Positions 39,715 to 50,199 of a stretch of 57,889 nucleotides of DNA are shown one piece after another; the stretch's first letter is position 1; each line of letters begins with the position of its first letter. A model generated the notes under the pieces. That model was not told where the DNA came from. It saw only the letters and a list, made by a program, of their open reading frames with translations, and made no database searches. This DNA comes from a virus (lineage: Duplodnaviria; Caudoviricetes): positions 1 to 57,889 of IMG/VR virus record IMGVR_UViG_3300021131_000007; one strand, given 5' to 3'. The position numbers and the translations under genes were made by a program.

Positions 39715-39753
39715 ATACTATGTAATATACTAGTCTTTTAGTATAATTAAACC

Positions 39754-40101
39754 ATGTTAAAAAGAAACATAAAAAGCTTTTTAATATCTGGTGTTATTAA
39801 AGACGATGCGGGTATTGGAAAGTCAAGAACAATGTATGAGAAGATACTTTTAGACGATATGCGTTCTAGAGGGTATGTCCCAATTCTTGATCTTGAATCT
39901 CAATTTTCAATTAAATATAATGAAAATAAAGATAGTTATAGTTTCTTTTTAGAAATGTTTGGAGTTTATGTTGGAAAAAAGAAAGCTAAAGAAATTGAAG
40001 GCTTTTCTGGACAACAATTCTACAAGAGGGCTACTATGGAAATAATGAGTCCTCCTCCAGATTTTCTTATCAATTATCCTACAAAACCTATAGACAAGTA
40101 A
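39754..40101 (+). CDS. hypothetical protein
   Basis: TATAAT 6 nt before the ATG. Confidence 0.65.
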   Translation: MLKRNIKSFLISGVIKDDAGIGKSRTMYEKILLDDMRSRGYVPILDLESQFSIKYNENKDSYSFFLEMFGVYVGKKKAKEIEGFSGQQFYKRATMEIMSPPPDFLINYPTKPIDK

Positions 40102-40119
40102 TATATTAGCTGATAGAAT
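40091..40119 (+). promoter_or_regulatory. promoter TAGACA-N17-TAGAAT (extended -10), likely leaderless primase mRNA
   Basis: ATG lies 6 nt after the -10 box; no SD. Confidence 0.55.
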
Positions 40120-40125
40120 TATCAA

Positions 40126-41082
40126 ATGCTTATGGAAAAATATACATCTTCAGAAGTTCGTGAAGTTCTTGAAGGCATTGGTGTTAAGATTCAACATCAA
40201 TCACAAACAAATTATTTTTGTTATTGCCCCTTCCATAATAACACACACACCCCATCTTTTACAGTAAGTAAAACAACTGGTCAATATTTATGCTATAACC
40301 CTTCTTGTGATGCCAGAGGCGGACTAGAGTATCTAATATCTCAAATAGGAAATTTAGGTCATTTTGAAGCAGCAAGATTTATTAGACAGTTACATAAGAA
40401 TCGCCCAGATACTTTTGACAAAGATTTAGAAGAACTATTTGATGAAAAGCCAGATTTTGTAGCTTTTCCACAAGAAACTATTGATTTGTTACATGCGGGA
40501 ATAAATGAAAGATCAAGGAGTTATTTTCATGTTCGGAATATTAATGATGATTCTATTGATTACTTTAGCTTGGGATATTCACAAAAACAAGATATGGTAA
40601 CTGTTCCTCTGCATAGTCCAGATGGATTGCCAGTAGGAATCATTGGAAGATCAATAGAAGGAAAACAATTTAAAAATAGTGATAATCTGCCTAGAAGCTT
40701 AACAATGTTTAATCTTCATAGAGCAAAGAAATTAAGTTCTACGATTATAGTTTGCGAATCATCGTTCGATGCCATCAGAATCCACCAATCTGGATACCCT
40801 AATGTTATCGCAACACTAGGTGGCGGGATCTCAAAACAAAATATACAAAACTTAAATAGGTATTCTTCATCTATAGTTATCGCCACAGATACAGATGAAG
40901 CGGGTAAAAAATTAGGTATGGAGATATCTGGTAAGCTCTCAAATAAGAATATAACTTGGGCTTCATTTGATGATGGTGTTAGATATCCAAATGGAGCAAA
41001 AGATGTGGGAGATCTCACAGATCAAGAGATTAAGCAATGTATAAAAAATGCCGTAAGTCATTTTGAATATATTTCTTGGTGA
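40126..41082 (+). CDS. dnaG: DNA primase (CHC2 zinc finger + TOPRIM)
   Basis: CPFH..TPSF..C..C; VCESSFDA; DTDEAG; KDVGD. Confidence 0.92.
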   Translation: MLMEKYTSSEVREVLEGIGVKIQHQSQTNYFCYCPFHNNTHTPSFTVSKTTGQYLCYNPSCDARGGLEYLISQIGNLGHFEAARFIRQLHKNRPDTFDKDLEELFDEKPDFVAFPQETIDLLHAGINERSRSYFHVRNINDDSIDYFSLGYSQKQDMVTVPLHSPDGLPVGIIGRSIEGKQFKNSDNLPRSLTMFNLHRAKKLSSTIIVCESSFDAIRIHQSGYPNVIATLGGGISKQNIQNLNRYSSSIVIATDTDEAGKKLGMEISGKLSNKNITWASFDDGVRYPNGAKDVGDLTDQEIKQCIKNAVSHFEYISW

Positions 41083-41131
41083 TATAATAGTAATACAGGG
41101 CATCATATAGCCCCAAAACATAGGAGATATA

Positions 41132-41803
41132 ATGGGAATAGTAACAGGCTTAGCAGCCATTAACAAAGCAACAGAACCAACACATACAACCAACGATAGT
41201 CAAAAAGGTCGTTGGCTACAACTTAAAGATGGACAATCAGTAAAGATTCGTTTTCTACAGGAAATTGATCCAGACTCACCAAATTATAATAAAGATGCTG
41301 GAACAGGCATTGTTGGTGTAGAACACACAAACCCAAGTGACTATAAGCGTAAAGCAGTTTGTACCTTTGAAGATGAAGGACAATGCTTTGGTTGTGAACA
41401 ACATCGCCGTGACCCTAAGAGCGGTTGGAGAGCACGTCCACGTTTTTATGTTAACGTATTGGTTGACGATGGCACAGAAGAACCTTATGTAGCTATCCTT
41501 TCGCAGGGTACAGGTCCAAAGTCAGCAACTCCTGAAATTGCACAATATGCGGGAGAAACAGGAAGTATTACAAATCTTGTTTGGAAGTTGAAGCGTACTG
41601 GAGAAAAAACAGATACAAATTATTCAATCATTCCACTGCCAACTGCAGAAGTAAAGCCTATTGATTTTACTAAGTATGAATTGTTTGATCTTTCAAAGAC
41701 AGCAGTTCGTACAGTTGCATACGCAGATCAAGAAAACTTTTATTTTGGGGTAACAACAGAAACCTCAGATAACGCAGCCACTTCATCATCTGTTGAGTGG
41801 TAA
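41132..41803 (+). CDS. single-stranded DNA-binding protein (gp32-like)
   Basis: LKDGQSVKIRFL, H..C..CFGC, KRTGEKTDTNY; between primase and polymerase. Confidence 0.7.
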   Translation: MGIVTGLAAINKATEPTHTTNDSQKGRWLQLKDGQSVKIRFLQEIDPDSPNYNKDAGTGIVGVEHTNPSDYKRKAVCTFEDEGQCFGCEQHRRDPKSGWRARPRFYVNVLVDDGTEEPYVAILSQGTGPKSATPEIAQYAGETGSITNLVWKLKRTGEKTDTNYSIIPLPTAEVKPIDFTKYELFDLSKTAVRTVAYADQENFYFGVTTETSDNAATSSSVEW

Positions 41804-41819
41804 TTAGTTAAACGGAGTA

Positions 41820-44800
41820 TTGGTGAATTTCACACATTTACATGTGCACTCGCACTATTCGCTTATGGATGGACTTTGTTCTCCTGAAGAGCTTTTGACT
41901 GCTGCAAAAAATGCGGGACAAACAGCAATGGCTATTACAGATCATGGAACATTATCATCTCATAGAGAAATGCAGGTTGCAGCTAAAAAGCTGGGAATGA
42001 AGCCAATACTCGGTTTAGAAGCATATATATCCGCTACAGATAGATTTGACAAGCGTGATATTAAAAATCGTGATGACAATACTCAGATATTTAATCATAT
42101 AACTTTGCTTGCTAAAAATAATGAAGGTTTAAAGAACCTTCAAAAATTATCTGAGATTGCTTGGACTGAAGGATATTACCGCAAGCCCCGTATTGATTTT
42201 GAAGTTCTTGATGAATATGGAAACGGTCTTATTGTTTTATCTGGATGTATGAATGGACTTATTGCTAAGGCTATTCAGCGTAATGATATGAATAAAGCTT
42301 TTGAATATGCTCGTTGGTTTCAAAATAGATTTAAAGATGATTTTTATCTAGAAGTCCAATCGCATAATGATAAAGAAGTAAATGACGGACAAGCAAAAAT
42401 ATCTGCTGAATTAGGCATTAAGTTGGTTGCTACTGGTGATTGCCATTATGCAACAAAAGATCAAAAGGCTTTGGAAGAAGCTTTGCTTATTTTATCAACT
42501 AAGCCCGATCAAGCAGAAGGCACAAACTATGAATCTGGTAAAAAGTATAAAGATATTTTTGAAAGATTTAATCATTTATATCCAGATCGCCCAATATCAT
42601 TTCAAGATATAAATGTATATATACAACCACTTGAAGAAATTAAAAAAGATTTTGGTTCAGAGTGGACTGAAGATATTTATGATAACTCGTTAGAGATATC
42701 AAATAAGGTTGAAGAGTACGAGTTTCATGAAAACTTAAAGTTACTTCCTAAACCTAAAAAAGATGCACATAATCAATTAATAGAAATGTGTAATGAAACT
42801 TTAAAGGAAAAAGGTTTAGATAATGAAGAGTACAAAGAAAGACTCAAAGAAGAGCTTACTGTCATTAAAGATAAAGACTTCAGTAGTTATTTTCTTGTTG
42901 TTAGCGACATGGTTCGCTGGGCAAAAGATAACGAAATCTTGGTTGGACCAGGAAGAGGATCCGCAGCAGGATCTTTAGTCTGTTATTTGCTAGGAATCAC
43001 AGAGGTTGATCCAATTAAATTTGACCTTTTGTTTTTTAGATTTATTAACCCAGAGCGTAATGATTTTCCAGATATTGATACAGACTTTATGGATCGCCGT
43101 CGTGGAGAAGTAAAAGAATTTTTAAGAAAAAAGTTTAAAAATGTAGCATCAATATCTACCTATCAATATTTTAAAGATAAAGGTGTAGTTAGAGATGCAG
43201 CAAGAGTTTTTGATGTGCCACTTGGAGAAGTAAACAAAGCACTTAAAGGAGTAGAAACATTTGAAGAATTTGAATCTAATAAAAATGTTGATTGGTTTAA
43301 GCAAAAATATCCTGAAGTTCTTAAGTTTGCTTCTGATTTACGTGGTCGCATTCGTTCCGTTGGTATTCACGCTGCAGGTGTCGTTGTTGCTAAAGATGCT
43401 ATCTCAAATTATGCCCCAATTGAAAGTAGAAGCGATTCTAGTGATGACGTTAGTGGTAGAGTTCCTGTTGTTGCTTACGATATGGACCAAGCTGCTGAAA
43501 TAGGATTGATTAAGTTTGATGTACTTGGACTTAAAACTTTATCTGTAATTCAAGACACTATAAAATCTATTAAAGACAGACATAAAATTGATATTGATTT
43601 GCATTCTTTACCGCTTGATGATAAAGCAGTTTTTCAAGATCTATCTAATGGATACACAAAAGGAGTGTTTCAAGCAGAAGCAACTCCTTATACAAATCTT
43701 TTGATTAAGATGGGTGTTGATACGTTTGAAGATATGGTAGCTTCTAATGCTTTAGTTCGTCCAGGTGCTATGAATACAGTAGGAGCAGAATATCTTGCAC
43801 GTAAACGTGGGGATAAAATGGTTCAATATGTTCACCCTGTAATGCAACCTTTCCTAGAAAGAACTTATGGAGTAGTTATATATCAAGAACAGGTTATGCA
43901 AGCTTGCGTTTATTTAGGCGGGATGTCATGGTCTGAAGCTGATAAAGTAAGAAAGATTATTGGTAAAAAGAAAGATGCTAAGGAGTTTGATGTTTTCAAA
44001 GACAAATTCGTTGAAGGTGCCAAGAGGTACATATCTAAAGAAGATGCTGAGCATTTATGGCATGATTTTGAAGCACACGCTGGTTATTCGTTTAATCGTT
44101 CCCACGCTGTGGCTTATTCAATGCTTAGTTATTGGACTGCTTGGCTTAAGCATTACTACACAACTGAATTTGTATTTGCTCTTCTTAAAAATGAAGGCAA
44201 CAAAGATACCAGAACAGAATACCTTTTGGAGGCCAAGCGACTTGGAATTAAGGTTCTCTTACCCCATGTCAACGAATCGGAATTAGATTTTAGCATTCAA
44301 GGAACATCTATTAGATTTGGTTTGTCCAACGTTAAGTATATATCTGAAACAATAGGAAAAAAGATTTTAAATGCTAGACCATTTAAATCTTATGCACATC
44401 TTTTAGAAGTTGCTGGAGAAAAGAAATCTGGAATTAATTCAAGAGCAATTGCTTCATTAAATCTTATTGGTGGAGCAACATTCGATGACAATCCAAGAAC
44501 TGGAAAAGAATCAGAAAACTATTATGAATATTTAAATATACCTAAGTTTGATACTCGTGGCATAACGGCATTTATTAAATCTCAAGTAACACCACTTGAA
44601 GATTTCTTAGAAGAAGGCACTTTTGTAGTGTGTGCAATGGTTAAATCAATTAAAAAGGGCAAAGGCTGGTCTAGAGTAGAATTGGTTGATGATACTGGAT
44701 CTATTGGTATTTTTCATAGTGAAAATACACAAATTGAGACGGGAAATATGTATTTCTTCTTAGTAGGCGACAATAGAATTCATAGATATGTTACAATAGC

Positions 44801-45089
44801 AGAAGTAGTGGAAAAGAAAGATGATCCGTTTATTAATTATCTACATAGTCAAGATCTTCAAATACCTGAAGGTAAAAAGTATATTGTTGACTTTACCCAC
44901 TATCAAACCAAACAAAAGAAAATGATGGCTCACGTCATATATTGTGATGAGCAAAAAGAGATGTATCGTGTAATAGCTTTTCCAAAGATGTACACGACAG
45001 CATTAGGAAAGATGAAAGCTGGATCTTTCTGTTCCCCCGTTATCGGAAAATTAGATGACGGAACAACATTCGTAAAGGAGATAGCATGA
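41820..45089 (+). CDS. dnaE: DNA polymerase III alpha subunit
   Basis: PHP HLHVHSHYSLMDG, TDHG, GPGRGSAAGSL, PDIDTD, HAAGVV, YSFNRSHA. Confidence 0.97.
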   Translation: MVNFTHLHVHSHYSLMDGLCSPEELLTAAKNAGQTAMAITDHGTLSSHREMQVAAKKLGMKPILGLEAYISATDRFDKRDIKNRDDNTQIFNHITLLAKNNEGLKNLQKLSEIAWTEGYYRKPRIDFEVLDEYGNGLIVLSGCMNGLIAKAIQRNDMNKAFEYARWFQNRFKDDFYLEVQSHNDKEVNDGQAKISAELGIKLVATGDCHYATKDQKALEEALLILSTKPDQAEGTNYESGKKYKDIFERFNHLYPDRPISFQDINVYIQPLEEIKKDFGSEWTEDIYDNSLEISNKVEEYEFHENLKLLPKPKKDAHNQLIEMCNETLKEKGLDNEEYKERLKEELTVIKDKDFSSYFLVVSDMVRWAKDNEILVGPGRGSAAGSLVCYLLGITEVDPIKFDLLFFRFINPERNDFPDIDTDFMDRRRGEVKEFLRKKFKNVASISTYQYFKDKGVVRDAARVFDVPLGEVNKALKGVETFEEFESNKNVDWFKQKYPEVLKFASDLRGRIRSVGIHAAGVVVAKDAISNYAPIESRSDSSDDVSGRVPVVAYDMDQAAEIGLIKFDVLGLKTLSVIQDTIKSIKDRHKIDIDLHSLPLDDKAVFQDLSNGYTKGVFQAEATPYTNLLIKMGVDTFEDMVASNALVRPGAMNTVGAEYLARKRGDKMVQYVHPVMQPFLERTYGVVIYQEQVMQACVYLGGMSWSEADKVRKIIGKKKDAKEFDVFKDKFVEGAKRYISKEDAEHLWHDFEAHAGYSFNRSHAVAYSMLSYWTAWLKHYYTTEFVFALLKNEGNKDTRTEYLLEAKRLGIKVLLPHVNESELDFSIQGTSIRFGLSNVKYISETIGKKILNARPFKSYAHLLEVAGEKKSGINSRAIASLNLIGGATFDDNPRTGKESENYYEYLNIPKFDTRGITAFIKSQVTPLEDFLEEGTFVVCAMVKSIKKGKGWSRVELVDDTGSIGIFHSENTQIETGNMYFFLVGDNRIHRYVTIAEVVEKKDDPFINYLHSQDLQIPEGKKYIVDFTHYQTKQKKMMAHVIYCDEQKEMYRVIAFPKMYTTALGKMKAGSFCSPVIGKLDDGTTFVKEIA

Positions 45090-45334
45090 CCGAAGAAACA
45101 ACACAAACAGAAAGCACACAAGAACAAAATCCAGGAGTAAATATTAGCGTAGAGCAAATTCTAGCTGCTATTATTCAAACAGTAGGAACTACTACGGTTT
45201 CTCTTGAAAATCTTGTTGCAAACTACAGCATGAAATCAATTGCTGTAAATCAAAACGAAGATAAGTCTGTAGTATTTTCACTAGTTGATGCTCCAGAACC
45301 AACAGAAGTACCTACAACAGAACAAGCAGAATAA
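45086..45334 (+). CDS. hypothetical protein
   Basis: RBS AAGGAG; ATGA overlap with dnaE. Confidence 0.7.
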   Translation: MTEETTQTESTQEQNPGVNISVEQILAAIIQTVGTTTVSLENLVANYSMKSIAVNQNEDKSVVFSLVDAPEPTEVPTTEQAE

Positions 45335-45337
45335 TTT

Positions 45338-46336
45338 ATGACATTAGTAGCAGAAGAAATATTAGCACGTCTGGATCCAAAAACTAGACAACGCATCCAA
45401 CTTGCTACAGATGTCAGTGCTGAAAGGCAAAAGACTCCGAGTATTGGATTAAATATAGCTCTAAAGGGTGGTCTAGGATATGGTAGGCAAATCCTTGTTT
45501 GGGGTAACAAGTCTGCAGGAAAGTCATCATTTTGTTTACAGATGATTGGAATGGCACAGAAAGAAGGAAAAACTTGTGCTTGGATTGATTCTGAACATTC
45601 TTATGATGCAAAGTGGGCTGAAAGTTTAGGAGTGGATTCAACTTCCCTTATCTACTCCTCAGCAAAAACTATCAATGATATGGTAGATGTTGCAACACAA
45701 TTAATGGAAGCGGGAATAGATATTATTGTTGTGGATTCTATATCAGCATTACTCCCAGCAATTTATTTTGAAAAAGATAGCACTGAATTAAAAAAGTTGG
45801 AAGATACAAAACAAATTGGTGCCGAGGCAAAGGATATGACACATGCAGTCAAAATGCTTAATTACTCTAACAAAAATACGTTACTCGTTCTTATTTCTCA
45901 ACAGAGAAATCAATTTGGTTCTATGCATGCGTCGCATATCCCAACAGGGGGCATGGCAGTTAAGTTTTTCTCCAGCACTGTTATTAAGCTTTGGTCTTCG
46001 GAAGCCGAAGCAAATGCTATTAAATCTGGAATCAAAGTTGGTGATAAGATACTTGAACAAAAAGTTGGACGGCCCGTTAATTGGATCATTGACTACAATA
46101 AACTTGGACCAATGGGACAAAGCGGTCAGTACGATTTTTACTACCAAGGAGATCAAGTTGGAATTGATTCCGTTGGAGAAATATTAGACGCTGCAGAAAT
46201 GATGGGAGTCATTCAAAAAGGCGGGGCTTGGTACACAATCAATGAAGAGCGTTTTCAAGGTAGAAGTAAAGCCTTAGATTATCTCAGAGATAATCCTGAT
46301 GTGGTAAAATTATTACAAGAGAAGATATATGAATAA
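45338..46336 (+). CDS. recA: RecA-like recombinase
   Basis: GGLGYGR, Walker A GNKSAGKS, WIDSE, IVVDSI, PTGGMAVKF, KGGAWY. Confidence 0.93.
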   Translation: MTLVAEEILARLDPKTRQRIQLATDVSAERQKTPSIGLNIALKGGLGYGRQILVWGNKSAGKSSFCLQMIGMAQKEGKTCAWIDSEHSYDAKWAESLGVDSTSLIYSSAKTINDMVDVATQLMEAGIDIIVVDSISALLPAIYFEKDSTELKKLEDTKQIGAEAKDMTHAVKMLNYSNKNTLLVLISQQRNQFGSMHASHIPTGGMAVKFFSSTVIKLWSSEAEANAIKSGIKVGDKILEQKVGRPVNWIIDYNKLGPMGQSGQYDFYYQGDQVGIDSVGEILDAAEMMGVIQKGGAWYTINEERFQGRSKALDYLRDNPDVVKLLQEKIYE

Positions 46337-47285
46337 AATAAAAATAATGGATCAGGTAACAGTTTATCAGGATGTTTTTTCTGATTCTGATTTAAATATG
46401 TTATTGGATGAAATAAATAAATCAGAAATTGAAGATGATAAAAAATATGATCCATCCGAAATTGATCCAGATAATTCTGCTTATTTAAACGAACACGGAC
46501 CCCAACCTCAGGATAAAAATGACGGGAGTTTAATTTACACATGGACTCCTTGGTATACTTATGGTAAAAGAAGTATTTGGAATCATCCATCAGATTTTAA
46601 TCAAGAAAATAAACAACATGTTGGATTCAATTTATTAAAAAATAGTGTTTTGAAAACACATTGTGATTATGTAAATGAATGGGCTAAAGATGGTAAATGG
46701 ACATATGATATACAGGATTGGAACATCGGAGAGACCGAAGAAGATCCTATGGTTATGTCAACTTTGGAAATTCTTAAGCATAAAAAAAATAATGATGAAA
46801 AGTATACCATTCCAGTGCACACAGATTGGCATAATCAAAGGGTAGATGAACCTGGACCAAAACAAATTCTTACCTACACTATTTATTTAAATGATGATTA
46901 TGATGGGGGAGAAATAGATTTTATTGATGAAACAAATTCAAAGCTTATAGTCTATAAACCTAAGCGTGGTGATATAACTGTATTTCCTTCTGGAAGACCA
47001 TATTGGCACGGAGCACGTGCAGTCACATCAGACAAAAGTAAAATATTTATTAGAACTTTTGCTTTATATAGATATCCAGTTACAGAAAAATGGATTAACG
47101 GTTTAATGGTTTACGGACCAACTGAATTTTTAAGAAAAGAAAATGAAAGATTAAAATCAATAGTAGATTCTGGTATAGCAGGTAGACAAGCGGTTCCAAG
47201 AGGCGGAGGCTCAGATCCAGCTAATCCAAATCCAACAATTTATTATGATGAAGAAATTTATATAGATGGTAGGATTATTAATTGA
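46329..47285 (+). CDS. 2OG-Fe(II) dioxygenase, P4H-like (#8, outside the cluster)
   Basis: HTD, YLNDDYDGGEIDF, KPKRGDITVFPS, HGA, KIFIR. Confidence 0.88.
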   Translation: MNKIKIMDQVTVYQDVFSDSDLNMLLDEINKSEIEDDKKYDPSEIDPDNSAYLNEHGPQPQDKNDGSLIYTWTPWYTYGKRSIWNHPSDFNQENKQHVGFNLLKNSVLKTHCDYVNEWAKDGKWTYDIQDWNIGETEEDPMVMSTLEILKHKKNNDEKYTIPVHTDWHNQRVDEPGPKQILTYTIYLNDDYDGGEIDFIDETNSKLIVYKPKRGDITVFPSGRPYWHGARAVTSDKSKIFIRTFALYRYPVTEKWINGLMVYGPTEFLRKENERLKSIVDSGIAGRQAVPRGGGSDPANPNPTIYYDEEIYIDGRIIN

Positions 47286-47620
47286 AAAAAAATTACTCCC
47301 AAGAAGAGTTAGAAACTATTTTAAAAAATCTTAGAGCTACTTCAGTCTTTGTAGCTTTATTAAAACATAATGGAAAAATGTCATTGCCTGCTAAAATGTT
47401 TGAAGAACTATTAAATGAACAAGTTTGGCCTAATGATTTTATTTACAATAATGGTAGTTCAATGTGCATTACTTATGACAGAGAATCTGATGAGTTTGGC
47501 TTTGAGTTAATGTATGAAGATGAAGGTTATAGGCCAGAAAATTCAGTAGCGTTTCAATGCACTAGAGGAAATCTAGAAGTTGGGCACATAGATTACAATG
47601 ATCCGAGATATAAAAAATAA
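47282..47620 (+). CDS. hypothetical protein
   Basis: TTGA overlap; weak similarity to 45086..45334. Confidence 0.6.
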   Translation: MKKNYSQEELETILKNLRATSVFVALLKHNGKMSLPAKMFEELLNEQVWPNDFIYNNGSSMCITYDRESDEFGFELMYEDEGYRPENSVAFQCTRGNLEVGHIDYNDPRYKK

Positions 47621-47622
47621 CC

Positions 47623-47799
47623 ATGGGAAGCTTTAGCGAATTTATCAATAAAGATCAGCCAGGATGTGAAAAAATTTACGGCACATATGGATGTAAGTAC
47701 TGTGATGAAGATTTAGATTTTGCTTGGTGGGATTTAAACAAAGCAACATTTTTTTGGATTTGTTCAAAAGGACACAGATCAGAACATAAGTTAGGATAA
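47623..47799 (+). CDS. 58-aa zinc-ribbon protein (not in ORF track)
   Basis: Hand-translated: MGSFSEFINK..GCKYCDE..WICSKGHRS..LG; fills the gap exactly. Confidence 0.7.
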   Translation: MGSFSEFINKDQPGCEKIYGTYGCKYCDEDLDFAWWDLNKATFFWICSKGHRSEHKLG

Positions 47800-47800
47800 A

Positions 47801-48109
47801 ATGTCAGAACGTGGAGAAATAAAACGTGACGGTGCAAAAGGGCAAAAAAACTCTGGGCGTGGGGATTATCAAAAAGGCGATGCCCAATGGCACGATTTTG
47901 TAGTTGATTATAAAGAATATTCTAAAAGTATTTCAATATCAAAAGCAATCTGGGCAAAAATATGTACAGATACATTTAAAGTAAACAGAGATAAGTATCC
48001 AGTTTTAAAATTAATTTTAGGTGAGAATAGTCAAAAAACTAGACTTGCGGTAATTGAATGGGAGCTGTTCGAACAAATGGTAGAGTGTTGGGAGAATCAA
48101 AATGGTTGA
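47801..48109 (+). CDS. PD-(D/E)xK nuclease, Holliday-junction-resolvase-like
   Basis: NSG..KGD..VDYK. Confidence 0.6.
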   Translation: MSERGEIKRDGAKGQKNSGRGDYQKGDAQWHDFVVDYKEYSKSISISKAIWAKICTDTFKVNRDKYPVLKLILGENSQKTRLAVIEWELFEQMVECWENQNG

Positions 48110-48434
48110 AAATGAAAAAACTTCTTTAGAGATGATTAGTTCTGTTACAGAATTTAATGATATGTCTGAGTTTATGAATGATAAAGATTTAGATCAAGCT
48201 TTAGAGCTTATGATTAAATTGATAGCAAAGCCAGATGTTCCTCCTAGTGCAGCTCCATCTTTAATAGTAAAATTGCAGGCAATTAGTGCCAAGCTTGCAA
48301 TGCAAGCAAGGTACTACACCACTTTTGAAAAAGGTGGGGAAAATTCAAAAAAGAAGAATACATACTATACAGCAGCAGAAGCCATAGATAAGCTTGTAGA
48401 TGCATTAAAGTATTCTGCAAGATATGGAGTTTAA
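48102..48434 (+). CDS. hypothetical helical protein
   Basis: Coupled ORF. Confidence 0.65.
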   Translation: MVENEKTSLEMISSVTEFNDMSEFMNDKDLDQALELMIKLIAKPDVPPSAAPSLIVKLQAISAKLAMQARYYTTFEKGGENSKKKNTYYTAAEAIDKLVDALKYSARYGV

Positions 48435-49214
48435 TTGACTGTTACAACACTTAAAATAAAAAAGAAGCCAGGGGGCTTTGACAAAGAAAAGTTTCTCCAA
48501 GAATACTTTGATTCATTTGAGTCAAAATCTGGTTTTACAGAAAAGAAAACATTCTCTCCAAGCACACTTGGTTATGGCCACGGTAATTGTGCTAGGTATT
48601 GGTTTATAGCGTTTAATGGGGCGGAATTTGAAGATACTGCTAAACCATTAGCTAAAGCTGCTATGGAAAATGGAACATTTACTCACGATAGACTCCAGGC
48701 AAGATTTAGCAAAATGAATAAATCATATAAGGTTATTGCCCATGAAGTAGATACTACCTTTCAAGATCCACCAATCCATGGATTTATGGATACAGTAATT
48801 CAAGATATAGAAAATGATTTAACTATTGCTATTGAAATAAAGTCTGCAAAAGATGAACAATGGGTAGTTAAAAATTCTAGTTTAGAGCCATCAGATAATC
48901 ATAGGATTCAATTGCTTTCCTATATGAAGATCTGGGGCTATAAATATGGAGCATTTTTTTATGAAGATAAAAATGATCAAACTCCACTTATGATTGTTAT
49001 TGAAATGGACGAAGATAATACTAAATTAATTGATTATGTATTTGAATGGCTTCGTGGTGTTTATGATCTTTATTTGGCTGAAACCTTGCCAAATAGAGCC
49101 TTTACAAAATCTACGTGGGCTTGTAAGGGATGTCCAGTTAAAAATGTTTGTTGGAAAGATATGAAAACGGAAGAGGGCGAAGTTGAATATCCAGCCATGG
49201 TGACTAAACTATGA
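48435..49214 (+). CDS. Cas4-like PD-(D/E)xK exonuclease
   Basis: FSPS..C.R, GTFTH, GFMD, IEIKS, QLLSY, CKGCPVKNVC. Confidence 0.85.
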   Translation: MTVTTLKIKKKPGGFDKEKFLQEYFDSFESKSGFTEKKTFSPSTLGYGHGNCARYWFIAFNGAEFEDTAKPLAKAAMENGTFTHDRLQARFSKMNKSYKVIAHEVDTTFQDPPIHGFMDTVIQDIENDLTIAIEIKSAKDEQWVVKNSSLEPSDNHRIQLLSYMKIWGYKYGAFFYEDKNDQTPLMIVIEMDEDNTKLIDYVFEWLRGVYDLYLAETLPNRAFTKSTWACKGCPVKNVCWKDMKTEEGEVEYPAMVTKL

Positions 49215-49921
49215 AAAAAGCAATAGGCTTTACTGCATTTGACAGAGTTGAATATCTTAATAAAGCTCTTGCTTCTTGGTCCGATGTAAGAAATTTAAGA
49301 GATTATGATTTTTATTTTTTTATAGAACCTTCAAATCGTTATAATGAAATAGTACAAATAATTAAAAATTTTCAAAATAATACAAATATTAAAACAACTA
49401 TTATTTCTAATCCTGAAAAATTAGGATGTGCTACAAATACTTGGTCTGTATTTGAATTTTTATTTAAACTATATGATTTTGTTATTTTGGCAGAGGATGA
49501 TGTTGTTGTATCAAAAGATGTATTAGAATATTTTAATTTTGTTGAAGAAAAGTATCGCAATGATGAAGAAATAGCAATTGTATCTGCAAACACTAAATGG
49601 GATACAAAAGACCCTATTAAATTAATTAGAGAGCAAGGATTTAATGGTTTAATCTGGGGAACTTGGAAAAAATATTGGACAAAATATTTTGAACATAATT
49701 GGGAAAAAGAACCATTTCCAGGGGCCGAGCATTCAGGTTGGGACTGGCATTTAAATATTAACATGCTTCCATTTAATAAGCTTAAAAATATTAATCCAAT
49801 GGTATCAAGATCAAACCATATTGGTTTAATTGGAGAACACTGTACTCCAGAACTTTTTGATTTAACAATATCTCCGTCTTTTAATTTAGACAATCAATGG
49901 GATATGCTGGAGGAAGTATGA
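49211..49921 (+). CDS. GT-A fold glycosyltransferase (GnT-I/GT13-like)
   Basis: TAFDRVEYL, VILAEDD, WGTW, GWDW, SRSNHIG..G.H. Confidence 0.8.
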   Translation: MKKAIGFTAFDRVEYLNKALASWSDVRNLRDYDFYFFIEPSNRYNEIVQIIKNFQNNTNIKTTIISNPEKLGCATNTWSVFEFLFKLYDFVILAEDDVVVSKDVLEYFNFVEEKYRNDEEIAIVSANTKWDTKDPIKLIREQGFNGLIWGTWKKYWTKYFEHNWEKEPFPGAEHSGWDWHLNINMLPFNKLKNINPMVSRSNHIGLIGEHCTPELFDLTISPSFNLDNQWDMLEEV

Positions 49922-50199
49922 TTTGTTCTAACAAAGGATGTGCTAATAAGTTTGAGCCTAAAACGCATAATCAAAAATATTGCTCAGATGAATGTTGTAA
50001 GGTAGCAACTAATTTAAAAATAAAAGAAAAATATTATTATAAGAAAGCACGGGCAGCGGGTAAAGAATTTATTTGTGCCACCAGAGGTTGCAAGCAAGTA
50101 TTAAGTAGATTTAGTACAGATAAAATTTGTGAAGGCTGCAAGATGAAAGAAAGAGCAAAAGAAAAACAAGAGATCTTGGACATGCTTAATGGCAAATAA
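49918..50199 (+). CDS. Cys-rich zinc-finger protein
   Basis: RBS GGAGG; C-x4-C..QKYCSDEC..C-x4-C..CEGC. Confidence 0.7.
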   Translation: MICSNKGCANKFEPKTHNQKYCSDECCKVATNLKIKEKYYYKKARAAGKEFICATRGCKQVLSRFSTDKICEGCKMKERAKEKQEILDMLNGK

